Source: an uncultured Acidobacteriota bacterium
GTDB taxonomy: Bacteria > Acidobacteriota > Vicinamibacteria > Vicinamibacterales > CAVVIG01
Length of the DNA stretch: 64,000 bases
Assembly: GCA_963794305.1 (NCBI GenBank)
Contig: CAWCDQ010000045.1
Location: 64,138-128,137, forward strand
Direction of reading: 5' to 3'
Part shown: one piece after another, positions 48,207 to 60,477 of the stretch
Layout of the letters: each line of letters begins with the position of its first letter
Position numbering within the stretch: the stretch's first letter is position 1
Made by a program: the position numbers and the translations under genes
Notes under the pieces: generated by a model
What the model was told of the DNA's origin: nothing
What the model saw: the letters and a program-made list of their open reading frames with translations, nothing else
Database searches by the model: none

Positions 48207-49251
48207 ATGCGCGTGAAAGCCTTCTCGATGTGCGCCCTGGTCGTCGCGCTCTTTGCGTTCGTGCAGGCCCGCCCGGCGATCACCGACACCGTTCAGGTGA
48301 AGTTCGATGACTGGATGACCCCGAGCAAGCCGGCGTACCCGCACGACCCGGCAGTGGCGCCGGACGGATCGATCTGGTACACGGCCCAGCGCGCGAGCAC
48401 GATCGGCCGATTCGATCCGGTCACCCAACAGTTCAAGGAGTTCGCGCTGCCCACGCCCAACTCCGGACCGCACGGCCTGCAGCCCGACGCGAACGGCAAC
48501 ATCTGGTACACGGGCAACGCCGCCGGCCTGATCGGCATGGTCGACGCGAAAACGGGGAAGGTCACCGAATACAAGATGCCCAACCCGAAGGCGAGGGATC
48601 CGCACACCATCGCGTTTCTTCGCGACGGACGCCTGTTCTTCACCGTGCAGGCGGGGAACTTCGTCGGCGTGCTCGATCCCAAGGTGCCCGGCGGCAACAT
48701 CAAGCTGATTGAAGCGCCGACCGTGAACTCACGGCCCTACGGCGTGCGTCTCGACTCACGGGGCGTGCCGTACTTCGACGAGTTCAACTCGAACAAGATT
48801 GGCAGCATCGATCCGCAAGACGCTGGTCATCCGCGAGTTCACGCTGCCGGCGAAGGACGCGCGCCCGCGCCGCATCGCCATCGGCAAGGACGACACGGTG
48901 TGGTACGGCGACTACGCGCGCGGCTTCCTCGGCCACCTCGATCCGAAGACGGGGAAGGTCGAGGAATTCCAGTCGCCCGGAGGTGCCGAGTCGATGCCGT
49001 ACGCGATCGACGTGACGCCCGACGGGGCCGTCTGGTATGTCGAAACGGGCGACGATTCGAAGAACGTGCTGGTGCGCTTCAATCCCGAGACGAAGAAGTT
49101 CCAGACCTGGCCTGTGCCCGGCGGCGGCGGCACGGTCCGCAACATGGACATCGACAAGGCCGGCAACCTGTGGCTCGCGGAGAGCGGCGTCGGCAAGATC
49201 GCCCGGGTGACGATTACCAGCCGGAAAGAGCACGGCGCAGTAGCTACATGA
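48207..49251 (+). CDS. Secreted beta-propeller protein, virginiamycin-B-lyase (Vgb)-like repeats (apparent frameshift)
   Basis: ORF 48195..49325 up to about 48816, then ORF 48799..49251 (IGSIDP|KTLVIREFTLP). Repeated blades: GPHGLQPDANGNIWYTG, RPYGVRLDSRGVPYFDE, MPYAIDVTPDGAVWYVE. Confidence 0.6.
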
Positions 49252-49342
49252 CCACGAAGACACGAAGACGCGAAGAACCAGCACGAAGAAAGCCCTATTG
49301 GTTTCTTCTTCGTGCGTCTTCGTGACCTTCGCGTTTTCGTGG
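49252..49342. repeat. Word-repeat hairpin, CACGAAGA family, between convergent genes
   Basis: ccacgaagacacgaagacgcgaagaaccagcacgaagaaa / gccctattgg / tttcttcttcgtgcgtcttcgtgaccttcgcgttttcgtgg. Confidence 0.8.
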
Positions 49343-49352
49343 TTAAGGCAGG

Positions 49353-51657
49353 TTACGGCTGGCGATTGAAACTGTTCGCGCCCGGCTGGGTACCCGAGAT
49401 GAATGCCTCGCGGATGGCGCCCGGCGTTTCAGCCGGCAGCACCGAACCGTTGCCCTTGTCCACCGCGAGGAAGACGATGTTTCCGGGGGCCGCGAAGTCG
49501 GGCGGATCGTCCTTGTCGGACCGGCCGTCGATGTAGGCCTTCATGAAGTCCATCCAGATCGGCAGCGCCGCGAAGGCGCCCTGTTCGGCGGTGCCGAGCG
49601 ACTTGCGCTTGTCGTCGAACCCGAGCCACACGCCGACGGTGATGTCGGGATCGAACCCGACGAACCACGCGTCGGTGTTGTCGTCGACGGTGCCGGTCTT
49701 GCCCGCCAGCGGCCACGACGCCGCCAGGCTCGTCGCCCTCGCGCCGGTGCCGCGCGGACTCAGGACGCCGCGGAGCATGTTGGTCATCACGAACGCCGTG
49801 TCGGCGCGGATGACGTCGTTGGGCTCGGCGCGGTTCTCCTCGAGCAGGTTGCCGTCGCGGTCCTTGACGTTCAGCACCGAAAACGGCTTCATGCGCACGC
49901 CCTGATTCGGGAACGTCGTGTAGGCGCTCGTGATGTCGAGCAGCGTCGCGTCGCCCGCGCCGAGGGCGATCGGCAGGTAGGGCGGGAAGTCCTCGTCGAA
50001 GCCGAAGCGTTTCGCGAACTCGAGCACGTTCTTCGGCCCGAGCGTGTCCATCATCTTGATCGCCGGGATGTTGCGCGATTCCTCCAGCGCGTAGCGCAGC
50101 GTGACCGGCCCGAGGAAGTCGTGATCGTAGTTCTTGGGGCTGTAGATCTGCCCGTTGCCGCTGGAGTAGCTCACCGGAGCGTCGACGATGATGGACGAGG
50201 GCGTGAAGCCGCGATCGATCGCCGCCGTATACACAATCGGCTTGAAGGTTGACCCGAGCTGCCGGTACGCCTGCACCGCGCGGTTGAACTTGCTGCGGGT
50301 GAAGCTCCAGCCGCCCACCATCGCCTTGATCTGGCCGGTGTGGTTGTCGATGGCGAGGATCGCGCCCTCGGCGAGCGGTGATTGCTCCAGCGTCACCGTT
50401 GCCGCGCCGGTCGCCGCATCCGTCTTCACGATCGCCACGTCGACCAGGTCGCCGGGCTTGAAGAGATCCGCCGCCGACACCTTGCGCGTCCACGCGTAAC
50501 CCGCTTTGTCGAGATCGGCATGCAGGCTGCCGATGCGCAGCCTGGCGGCTCCGGTCTTCGGCGCCGTCACGACGACCGCCGGCACGATGTCGCCCGTCGG
50601 CGATGGGCCGAGTCCAGCGGTCGGTTCTGAATCCGTCGAGGGTGTGCCGCTCATCGATGACGTTGCGCAACGGACGACGCCAGCCGTGACGCTTGTCGTA
50701 GCCGCGCAATCCGCGCTCGAGCGCCTTGTTCGCCAGATCCTGCAGCCTCGCGTCGAGCGTGGTCGTGACGTTGAGGCCGTTCTCGTACAGCACCTTGGCG
50801 CCGTACTGCTTCTCGAGGTGTTTGCGCACCTCTTCGACGAAGTAGGGCGCGATACCCGGCGGCTGGTTCGGCTGTCCCCGCGTGACGATCGGCCGCTGCT
50901 TGGCGGCGTCGGCGTCCGCCTGCGTGATGTAGCGTTCCTCCGCCATTCGCTGCAGCACGACGTTGCGGCGGCTGGTCGCCCGCTTCATGTCGACGAAGGG
51001 GCTCTGCCGCTCCGGCGTCTGGAAGATGCCGGCGATGAGCGCAGCCTCCTCCAGCGAGAGCTGCTTGTTCGACTTCTGGAAATACAGCCGCGACGCGGCC
51101 TCGACGCCGTACGCGCCGTGACCGAGGTACATCTGGTTGCAGTAGATCGTGAAGATTTCCTTCTTCGTGTAGCGCTTCTCGATTTGAATCGCGAGAATCG
51201 CTTCGCGGATTTTCCGTTCGAACGATTTCTCGTTGTTGAGACCGAACTGCTCTTTCAGGTTCCGCGCGAGCTGTTGCGTGAGCGTGCTCGCACCCTGCGC
51301 CCGGCGCCGCTCGACGATGTCGGTGGCGGCGGCCACGAAGATGCGCCAGATGTTGACGCCGAAGTGGCGGTCGAATTCCGCGTCCTCGGTCGCGATGATC
51401 GCCTGTCGCAGCAGCGGGTTGATCTCGTCGTATCCCACCACCACGCGGCGCTGCGTCGCGAACTCGCCGATGGTCTGGCCGCCGCTGGCGTAGATGCGCG
51501 TGATGGTGCTCGGGGAGTAGTTGTCGAGCGCGGATACCTGTGGGAGGTCGCCGGCGTAGGCGAACATGACGCCGCTGAGGACGCCGAGCATCGCCGCGAC
51601 GATGAACAGCGCAACCAGTCCGGCGTTGCGCGCGACTTTGACGACTACGTGAGCCAA
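49353..51657 (-). CDS. Penicillin-binding protein 1A (bifunctional transglycosylase/transpeptidase; apparent frameshift)
   Basis: TTG start at 51657 inside the chimeric ORF 49429..53370 ([20 protein letters not shown]). It joins ORF 49353..50654 (STFK, SRN, KTG motifs) at about 50594, where GGG stands for an expected GG (WTRPIADG|DIVPAVVV). Confidence 0.9.
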
Positions 51658-51718
51658 GGAAAAGGACCGCAACTGCAGTATAGCATGCGACTTAGCGTGA
51701 AAACAGTCCAGCCCGAGA

Positions 51719-51747
51719 TTTACAGCAGCCCACTCAACTTTTATACT
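51719..51747 (+). promoter_or_regulatory. Candidate sigma70 promoter of the dnaK operon in an AT-rich spacer
   Basis: TTTACA (51719-51724), 17 nt, TATACT (51742-51747). The ATG is at 51781. Confidence 0.4.
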
Positions 51748-51780
51748 AAGAGCATTATCAGCACAGCGTAGAGGTATCGC

Positions 51781-53718
<1,938 letters not shown>

Positions 53719-53719
<1 letters not shown>

Positions 53720-53783
53720 ACGTGAGAAGTCAGAAGTGAGAAATCTGAAATCTGAAATCTGAACCCTGAAGTCTGAAATTCTC
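53719..53783. repeat. Tandem heptamer run, CTGAAAT/CTGAAGT family
   Basis: gacgtgagaagtcagaagtgagaaatctgaaatctgaaatctgaaccctgaagtctgaaattctc fills the dnaK-dnaJ spacer. Related runs occur at 20536-20580 and 24533-24580. Confidence 0.75.
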
Positions 53784-54887
53784 ATGGACTTCTATCTCAT
53801 TCTGGGCGTCGAGCGTGGTGCGTCGCTGGCCGACGTCAAGCGGGCGTACAAGCGGCTCGCGCGGAAGTACCATCCGGACATCAACCCGGGTGACCGCCAG
53901 GCGGCGGCGCAGTTCCGTCAAATCGCCGAGGCGTACGAGACGCTGAGCGACATGGAGCGCCGCCAGCAGTACGACCGCACAGGATCGCTCGAGGAAGCCG
54001 GCGGCGGCCCGGCGTTCGGCTTCGACGGCTTCGACTTCACGGTCAGCGTCCACGGGGACGAGGCGCCGACCTTCGGCGATCTGTTCGCCGACGTCCTGAA
54101 TCAGCGCGGCGCGAGGCGGGCGCAGGGCACGCCGGAGCGCGGCGTCGATCTGCATCAGTCCATTGCGCTCGAGTTCGACGAGGCGTTCCGCGGGAGCAGG
54201 CGGACGATCACCGTCACGCGGCAGGACGACTGCCCGACGTGCGGGGGCACCGGTCAGCTTCACGTGACGCCGTCCGCGTGCGCGCACTGTCGTGGTGCCG
54301 GCGCGGTGAAGTCGGTCCGGGGACACATGGTGTTCTCAAAGCCGTGTCTTCACTGCGGCGGCACGGGGCAGCAGCGCCAGGCCCGCTGTCCGGCGTGCCG
54401 CGGCGATCAGTATCAGATGCGGACCGAGTCGATGACGATCAGCGTGCCGGCCGGTCTGGCCGATGGCGCGCGGATCCGGGTTCCCGGCAAGGGCCACGTC
54501 GGCCGCAACGGCGGCGAGGCCGGCGACCTCTACGTCGACGTCACCGTGCGGCCCCATCCGTTCTTCGAGCGCGACGGCGACGATCTGCACGTGACGGTGC
54601 CCGTGGCCGTGCACGAGGCGGCGCTCGGCGCGAAGATCGAGGTGCCGTCTCCCGACGGCCCGGCGCGCGTGCGCCTGCCGCCGGGCACCCAGTCGGGCCA
54701 GCGGTTTCACGTGCGCGAACGCGGCATGCCCTCGCCGCGCGACGGACGCCGCGGCGACCTGGTCGTCGAGGTTCAGCTCGCGCTGCCAAGGATGCTGGAC
54801 GAACGGTCGAAGGAACTGTTGCGGGAGTTCGGGCGGATCAACGCGGTGGATGTTCGACAGGAGCTGAATCAACACAAAGGACACTAA
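53784..54887 (+). CDS. dnaJ: Co-chaperone DnaJ
   Basis: 367-aa ORF with a J domain (HPD: KYHPDINPGD) and four CxxCxG zinc-finger motifs. Confidence 0.93.
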   Translation: MDFYLILGVERGASLADVKRAYKRLARKYHPDINPGDRQAAAQFRQIAEAYETLSDMERRQQYDRTGSLEEAGGGPAFGFDGFDFTVSVHGDEAPTFGDLFADVLNQRGARRAQGTPERGVDLHQSIALEFDEAFRGSRRTITVTRQDDCPTCGGTGQLHVTPSACAHCRGAGAVKSVRGHMVFSKPCLHCGGTGQQRQARCPACRGDQYQMRTESMTISVPAGLADGARIRVPGKGHVGRNGGEAGDLYVDVTVRPHPFFERDGDDLHVTVPVAVHEAALGAKIEVPSPDGPARVRLPPGTQSGQRFHVRERGMPSPRDGRRGDLVVEVQLALPRMLDERSKELLREFGRINAVDVRQELNQHKGH

Positions 54888-54941
54888 GGACACAGAGAAA
54901 AATCCGATACTGCCTTGGTGTCCTTTGTGTCCTCTGTGTTG
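54870..54941. repeat. Word-repeat hairpin, GGACACAAA family
   Basis: caacacaaaggacactaaggacacagag / aaaaatccgatactg / ccttggtgtcctttgtgtcctctgtgttg. The left arm overlaps the last six dnaJ codons (NQHKGH*). Confidence 0.8.
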
Positions 54942-54958
54942 AATAGGCGCTGGTACCC

Positions 54959-55342
54959 ATGAAGAAGCCGGGCAAAGCGTATTACATGATCAGCGCCGTG
55001 GCGCAGAAGTACAACATCCACGCGCAGACGCTGCGGCTGTACGAGCGAGAGGGCTTGCTGAAGCCGTCGCGCACCGAGGGCAACACTCGACTGTATTCCG
55101 AAGAGGATCTCGAGCAGCTCGAAGTCATTCTGTCACTTACCCGAGACATGGGCGTCAATCTCGCCGGCGTGGAGATCATCCTCAACATGCGGCGAAAAAT
55201 CGAAGCGATGCAGCACGAAGTGAACGAGTTCATGGCGTACGTCAAGAAGGAGATGGCGCGCGGCGTGGACGACTGGGAAGCGCGGCTCTCCACCGCGCTC
55301 GTGAAATCTTCGCCGACCGATCTCGTCAAGAGCCAGAAATAA
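54959..55342 (+). CDS. hspR: MerR-family heat-shock regulator, HspR-like
   Basis: 127-aa ORF, YMISAVAQKYNIHAQTLRLYEREGLLKPSRTEGNTRLYSEEDLEQL, located downstream of dnaK-dnaJ. Confidence 0.75.
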   Translation: MKKPGKAYYMISAVAQKYNIHAQTLRLYEREGLLKPSRTEGNTRLYSEEDLEQLEVILSLTRDMGVNLAGVEIILNMRRKIEAMQHEVNEFMAYVKKEMARGVDDWEARLSTALVKSSPTDLVKSQK

Positions 55343-55395
55343 CGACGCAATCGTGAATAGGTGTGTTGGTGAATCGGTGAGTTGGTTAATGCGTC
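55343..55395. repeat. Word-repeat run, GAAT(T/C)GGTGA family
   Basis: gtgaataggtgtgttggtgaatcggtgagttggttaatg. Same word family as 21777-21880. Confidence 0.6.
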
Positions 55396-55470
55396 GTTCG
55401 TGCGTACGACCAACTTGTTCCAGCCTGCTGAAGTCGTTCGCACGTTCGCGCGAACTGATAGAATCAGTCG

Positions 55471-56336
55471 ATGTCCTGCGAGCTGTGTGACGACACGGGG
55501 TGGAAGCCCGTCGACGAGAAGGGCATCCGCCGCGTGGTCCGCTGCGACTGCTGGCGCGAGCAGGTGGGTGGGCATCGCCTCGCCGCCGCGAACATCCCGA
55601 AGCGCTATCAGCACTGCACGCTCGAGAATTTCTCCGCCTACAATCCGTCGCTCGAGCGCGCGCTCGAGCAGGCGCGACGCGTACCCGGCGGTTTCCGTCG
55701 GCCAACAACCTCCGCGAGCAGGGTCGAGGGCTGCTGCTTGGCGGCTTGCCGGGCGTCGGCAAGACGCACCTCGCGGTCGCCGTCCTCAAACAGGTGATGA
55801 ACTCCTCGCCGGCGCGCGGGCTGTTCTACGACACGCGCGATCTGCTGCGCGTCATCCGCAGCACCTACGATCCGTCGATCCGGACCACCGAGCTCGAGGT
55901 GCTGCGGCCGGTGATGACCGCGGATCTGCTCGTGCTCGACGATCTGGGCGCCGAGAAGACGTCGGAGTGGGTCGAGGAGACGATGAACCTGATCGTCAAC
56001 ACCCGCTACAACGAGCGGCGACTGACCATCTTCACCACCAACTACGTCGACATTCCCGACGACACGGATCCGAACTCGCTGATCTGCCGCATCGGCTTCC
56101 GGATGCGATCGCGGCTGCACGAGATGTGCGACTTCGTCGAGATGGACGGCGCCGACTACCGCGAGCTGCCCAAGAACGGCGGCCCGGAAGACCTGATCAT
56201 GCTGTGGAAGAAGCGGAAGATGTCGCCGCTGCCCTCGCCGCGCGGCGGACGTCAGGCGCGCGCCCAGCTGCGCGATCCGTCCGTGCGCGACGGCAAGGCC
56301 GACCTCAAATGGCCGGGCGGACGGGCGGGCTCTTAG
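55471..56336 (+). CDS. DnaC/IstB-like AAA+ ATPase with N-terminal Cys cluster (apparent frameshift)
   Basis: ORF 55471..55797 (MSCELCDDTGWKPV...VRCDCW) joins ORF 55500..56336 at about 55675-55700. Walker A GLPGVGKTHLAVA, Walker B LLVLDDLG. Confidence 0.65.
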
Positions 56337-56433
56337 AATGGCTGAGGGCTAATGGCTGATGGCTATGGAGAATGGTTCTTCCACCGGCCATGACCATCAG
56401 CCATCAGCCATTAGCCATCAGCCATCAGCCATG
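56337..56433. repeat. Word-repeat hairpin, ATGGCTG/CAGCCAT heptamer family
   Basis: aatggctgagggctaatggctgatggctatggagaatgg ... ccatgaccatcagccatcagccattagccatcagccatcagccatg. The right arm ends in the hemW ATG. Confidence 0.8.
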
Positions 56434-57665
56434 TTGGGTTTGTACGTCCACGTCCCCTTCTGTTCCGCCATCTGCAACTACTGCAACTTCAACCGCGGCC
56501 TGTTCGACGCGGACCTGAAGGCGCGCTACGTCGATGCGTTGATCGCGGAGATCGTTGCGCCGGGCAGGCACATGGGTCCGCCACTACGAGTCCAGGTAGC
56601 GTCCGGCCCGACCTCCGATGGGGGCGCGCCGACCTCCGTAGGGTGTCCGTCCCCGACTTTCTAGGTGCTGACCCGTGTGTCAGCAGGTTACGCGCTGACA
56701 CGATCTTCTTCGGCGGCGGGACACCCTCGCTGCTCGAGCCCGAGGAGATCGCGCGGATCATCGCCGCGTGCGAGTCGGCGTTCGCCGTCGCCGCCGATCG
56801 CGAAGTGACGCTCGAGGCGAATCCGGAGTCGGTCACCGAGGCGCGGCTCGCGGCATACCGGCGGGCGGGCGTCAACCGAATCAGCTTCGGCGTGCAGTCG
56901 TTTCGCGACGACGAGCTGCGGCGTCTCTCGCGTCTGCACAGCGCGGATCGGGCGCGCGCGGCGCTGGGCGAGGCGCGCCGCGCCGGGTTCGACAACGTCA
57001 GCCTCGACCTGATGATGTGGCTGCCGCAGCAGCGCGTCAGCGAGTGGCTCGAGTCGATCGACGCGGCCATCGCGCTCGCCCCGGAGCACATCTCGCTGTA
57101 CATGCTCGAGGTGTATCCGAACGCTCCGCTGAAGGACGACATGGCGCGCGCGCGCTGGTCGCAGGCCCCGGACGAAGACGTGGCGGCGATGTATCTCGGG
57201 GCGATGGAGCGGCTGGATGAGGCAGGCTATGCCCAGTACCAGATCTCGAACGTCGCGAGACCAGGCCGGGCATCGCGGCATAACCTCAAGTACTGGACCG
57301 ACGGCGAGTGGCTCGGCTTCGGTTGCGGTGCGCACTCCACACGGCAGGGCGTCCGGTGGAAGAACATCTCCGGCACGGCGGATTACATCGCCGAAGTCGG
57401 TCGCGGGGGCGCACTGGCCGTCGACCGGCGGTGCCTGACTCCTGACGAGCGGCTGGGCGACGCGCTGTTCACGGGGCTGAGACTGGTTGACGGAATCGAC
57501 GTAAATGCCATACAAACTCGGTACGGAGTTGATGTCTGGCGCAGGTTTGGCGCCGACCTCGAGCCGTTTCTCGAAGCCGGCTGCCTGCGGCGCACCGAAT
57601 CTCGCCTCAGCCTGACCCGCGAGGGAATGCTCCTTGCTCACGAAGTGATGTCGGTTTTCGTGTAG
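56431..57665 (+). pseudogene. hemW: Radical-SAM heme chaperone HemW / oxygen-independent coproporphyrinogen-III-oxidase-like, split by an inserted REP-like segment
   Basis: ATG 56431, MLGLYVHVPFCSAICNYCNF (CxxxCxxC), in-frame TAG at 56662-56664. The rest (ADTIFFGGGTPSLL...) is in ORF 56643..57665, in a different frame. Confidence 0.75.
56560..56692. mobile_element. Roughly 110-130-nt REP/MITE-like insertion inside hemW (boundaries approximate)
   Basis: It contains acatgggtccgccactacg (compare 9159-9176), ggaggtcgg direct repeats on the opposite strand, and the hairpin tgctgac-ccgtgt-gtcagca (56666-56685). That hairpin is homologous to 9287-9310 with compensatory stem changes. Confidence 0.55.
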
Positions 57666-57709
57666 CAACAAGTACGCTAAAGTAACCGCCTTTCGCAGAG
57701 GAGGCCGCG

Positions 57710-58174
57710 ATGCTTCGCAGGATTGTGTTTGGACTTGTTGTCGGCACGTTGTCGGCAACCACCGCTTTCGCTCAGGCCGCTCCCGCGGCGGCGGCCCAGG
57801 CGGCGCCCACCGCACGGTTGTTCGCGTCGGACGCCGGCATGGTGCTCAATTTCATCAAGCCGGACAAGACCGCCGATTTCGAGACCGTCATCGGCAAGCT
57901 GAAGGAGGCGCTCCACAAGAGCGAGAAGCCTGAGCGCAAGCAGCAGGCGGCGAGCTGGAAGGTCTTCAAGTCGCCGGACCCGGCCGCCGGCGGCAACGTG
58001 CTCTACGTCTTCATGATCGATCCGTCGGTCAAGGGCGCGGACTACACGGTGTCGACGATTCTCGCCGAGGCGTTCCCGACCGAGGTGCAGGCGCTCTACA
58101 AGCAGTACGCCGAGGCCTACGCGTCAGGACAGAACTTCGTGAATCTGTCGCTCGTGTCGGACCTCGCGAAGTAG
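57710..58174 (+). CDS. Hypothetical secreted protein (154 aa)
   Basis: ORF with GAGGAGG upstream and a signal peptide (MLRRIVFGLVVGTLSATTAFAQA). Confidence 0.55.
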   Translation: MLRRIVFGLVVGTLSATTAFAQAAPAAAAQAAPTARLFASDAGMVLNFIKPDKTADFETVIGKLKEALHKSEKPERKQQAASWKVFKSPDPAAGGNVLYVFMIDPSVKGADYTVSTILAEAFPTEVQALYKQYAEAYASGQNFVNLSLVSDLAK

Positions 58175-58195
58175 CACGCCGGAACGGCTGCGGCT

Positions 58196-58682
58196 TCAGA
58201 GCTTCAGATTCAGTCCTGCATAGAAGCGGTGCGCTGGTGAGTCCAGCGCGCCGCTTCCCAGCTTGAAGATCCGGTAGTCCACCCGCAGCCGGATCGGTCC
58301 CGCCAGCGAGATCTTGACCCCGCCGCCCGTGTTGAAGCCGACGCTCGTGTCGGAGTGCAGTGCCGAGCTCCTCCTGGTAGATCCCGCCGCCGGTCGTGAA
58401 GTACGGCTGAAATCCCATGATGGCCGATCGGCGTCTGCAGAATCACGTTGCCCATGCCGGTCTTCAGCGAAGGGGCCCCCGCGATCGGATCGTCCGGGCG
58501 AATAGGCGTATTCGAACTCGAAACCGACGACGAGCAGGCCGGCACCCGAGCGCAAGGCCGGTCACGTGCCGATTGGCCGGCGTCGTATTTGCGCCGATAA
58601 ACCCCGTGATGTCGGCCCGGGCGGGCGCCGACGCGAGCGCCAGCAGGGCGAGAGCCAGTCCAGCGGTTCTGATGCGGTGCAT
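58196..58682 (-). pseudogene. Small outer-membrane beta-barrel protein, four frame changes
   Basis: Pieces from ORFs 58464..58682, 58196..58555, 58210..58692 and 58029..58418 join colinearly. The joined sequence is MHRIRTAGLALALLALASAPARADITGFIGANTT...GLLVVGFEFEYAYSP|DDPIAGAPSLKTGMGNVILQTPIGHH|GFQPYFTTGGGIYQEEL|...VGFNTGGGVKISLAGPIRLRVDYRIFKL...FYAGLNLKL*. Confidence 0.55.
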
Positions 58683-58717
58683 AGCTGTCCATAGTAGTAC
58701 AATCGCGCTTAAGTCCT

Positions 58718-59765
58718 GTGAAATCTCATCATTACAGTCTGCACGCGGCCGCGTTGCGCACCGAGCTCGGCCACACGCTGACGCGCGAGCAGATGCGAAC
58801 GTTTCACACGAAGGACGCGTGGCGTCATTTCCTGGTCGCCGCCCGGCAGTTCGCGATCCTCGGGCTGACCACCTGGGCGCTCATCGCCGTCAGCAACCCG
58901 CTCATCTGGATTCCGCTCGTCTTCGTGCAGGGTTTCACCGTCTTCAACTTCACGGTCCTCCTGCACGAGGTGGTCCACCACACGATCTTTGCGCGACGCC
59001 GGCCCGTCGCGGAGCGCGCGCTGGGCTGGCTGTACGCCGTGCCGAGCGGGATCTCCGCGAGCCAGTTCACGCGCTGGCACCTGGATCATCACGCCGAGCT
59101 CGGGTCCGATGAGGACGATCCCAAGAGGCATCACCTGTCGCCCAAGATCAACGCGCGGTGGTTCAAGCTGCTGTACTGTTCGCCGGCGCTGTTTCCCATC
59201 TACTTCCGCGCCGCGCGCCGCGAGAGCGCCACGTATCCCGAGGCGCTGCAGCGGCGGATCGCATTCGAACGCAAGGTCTCGATCGCGGCCCACCTGTCGG
59301 TGCTGGCGCTGATCTGGGCGATCGGCCGGCGGCGCCGCCGCCGCGCGGGCCTACATCATCCCCGTCTTCTTCGTCTTCCCGATTGCGTTCACGCTGAACC
59401 GCCTCGGGCAGCACTACGACATCGATCCGACCGACACGGCGAAATGGGGCACGCTGATGCGCGGCCACTGGTTCTGGGACTTCGCCTTCCTCAACTCCAA
59501 CTATCATCTCGAGCACCACTACTTTGCCGGCGTGCCGTTCTACCGGCTGCCGGCCCTGCAGCGGGCGCTCGTGCCGTTCTACCAGCGGCATCGCATGCGG
59601 TGGCAGAACTACTCGGGTCTCGTGTATGGCTGGCTGGTGGAAAACCGCGCGCCGCACACCAACTGGTCGCGCGACGTAATCGGCGAGGTTCGCGATGCTG
59701 CAGTGGCTGCTCCTCACGTCGGCGCTGTCGATCTCACCCGGCCAGACTCCCGGCGCTCCCATTGA
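58718..59765 (+). CDS. Membrane fatty-acid desaturase (apparent frameshift)
   Basis: ORF 58718..59779 (His boxes HEVVHH, HLDHH) joins ORF 59457..59765 (HLEHH) via a frame change at about 59325-59350. Confidence 0.75.
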
Positions 59766-60470
59766 TGTCGCGACGCTGAAGATCGGCGCTCCCGCGATCG
59801 TCGCGGAGCTCGATCTCGGCACGCTGAAAGGTGAGCTGCGGCAAGTCGGCTGGTCGCCGGACGGCGCCGAGTTCTACGTGCTGACCGTCGACGGGAACGG
59901 CCGTCCGAGAGATCGCGGCACTACATCCTGCCGGCCGCGGGTGGCACGCCGAAGTCAGTCGACGCGGCGCCCGAGTGGGCCAAGGCGTACTGGAGCGTCA
60001 AGTCCGATCGGTTTGCGCCCGGCATCGGCTCGCTGATGATCGGCTTCGAGCAGAAGGCCGAGAAAATGAAGATCGGCACCGGCTCGGGGCGTCCCGGTGA
60101 GGCGGTCTCCGCGTCTCCTGGCGCGAATCCAAGCGTGCCCGTGGACATCGAGAAGACGACGGAAGGCCAGTACCAGAACTTCGCGCGCCTCACGCTCCTT
60201 GGCGAGACCATCAGCGAGTTCGTGAACCAGATGCCGATTCCCGGCTTGATGTTCAGTTGGGGACCGTCGGGCAGCGGAGCCATCGCGTACACCGATCGCG
60301 AGTCCGGCCACCTGATGCTGCTCGATCAACACAAGCACAAACAGACGGTTTCCGGGGTGAAGGACGCGCTCCTGCCCGCGTGGTCGACCGACGGCGCGAG
60401 GCTGGCGTGGGTGAGGAAGTCCGGGCGCAAGAAGTACACGCTGGTCTGGGCCGAGGTTTCGAAGGGTTAG
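59695..60470 (+). CDS. Hypothetical secreted protein, tandem paralog A (apparent frameshift)
   Basis: ATG 59695 (MLQWLLLTSALSISPGQTPGAPIDVATLKIGAPAIVAELDLGTLKGELRQVGWSPDGAEFYVLTVDGNG). At about 59901 a CC stands for an expected CCC. It then continues as PSERSRHYILPAAGG...(ORF 60036..60470)...LPAWSTDGARLAWVRKSGRKKYTLVWAEVSKG*. Confidence 0.5.
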
Positions 60471-60477
60471 GCGCTCG

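Noticed and set aside
51690-51760. HspR operator (HAIR) or CIRCE element upstream of dnaK.
   Set aside because: Only one half-site (ACTCAA) and a distant cttag/ctaag pair are present. No inverted repeat with the expected 7- or 9-nt spacing was found.
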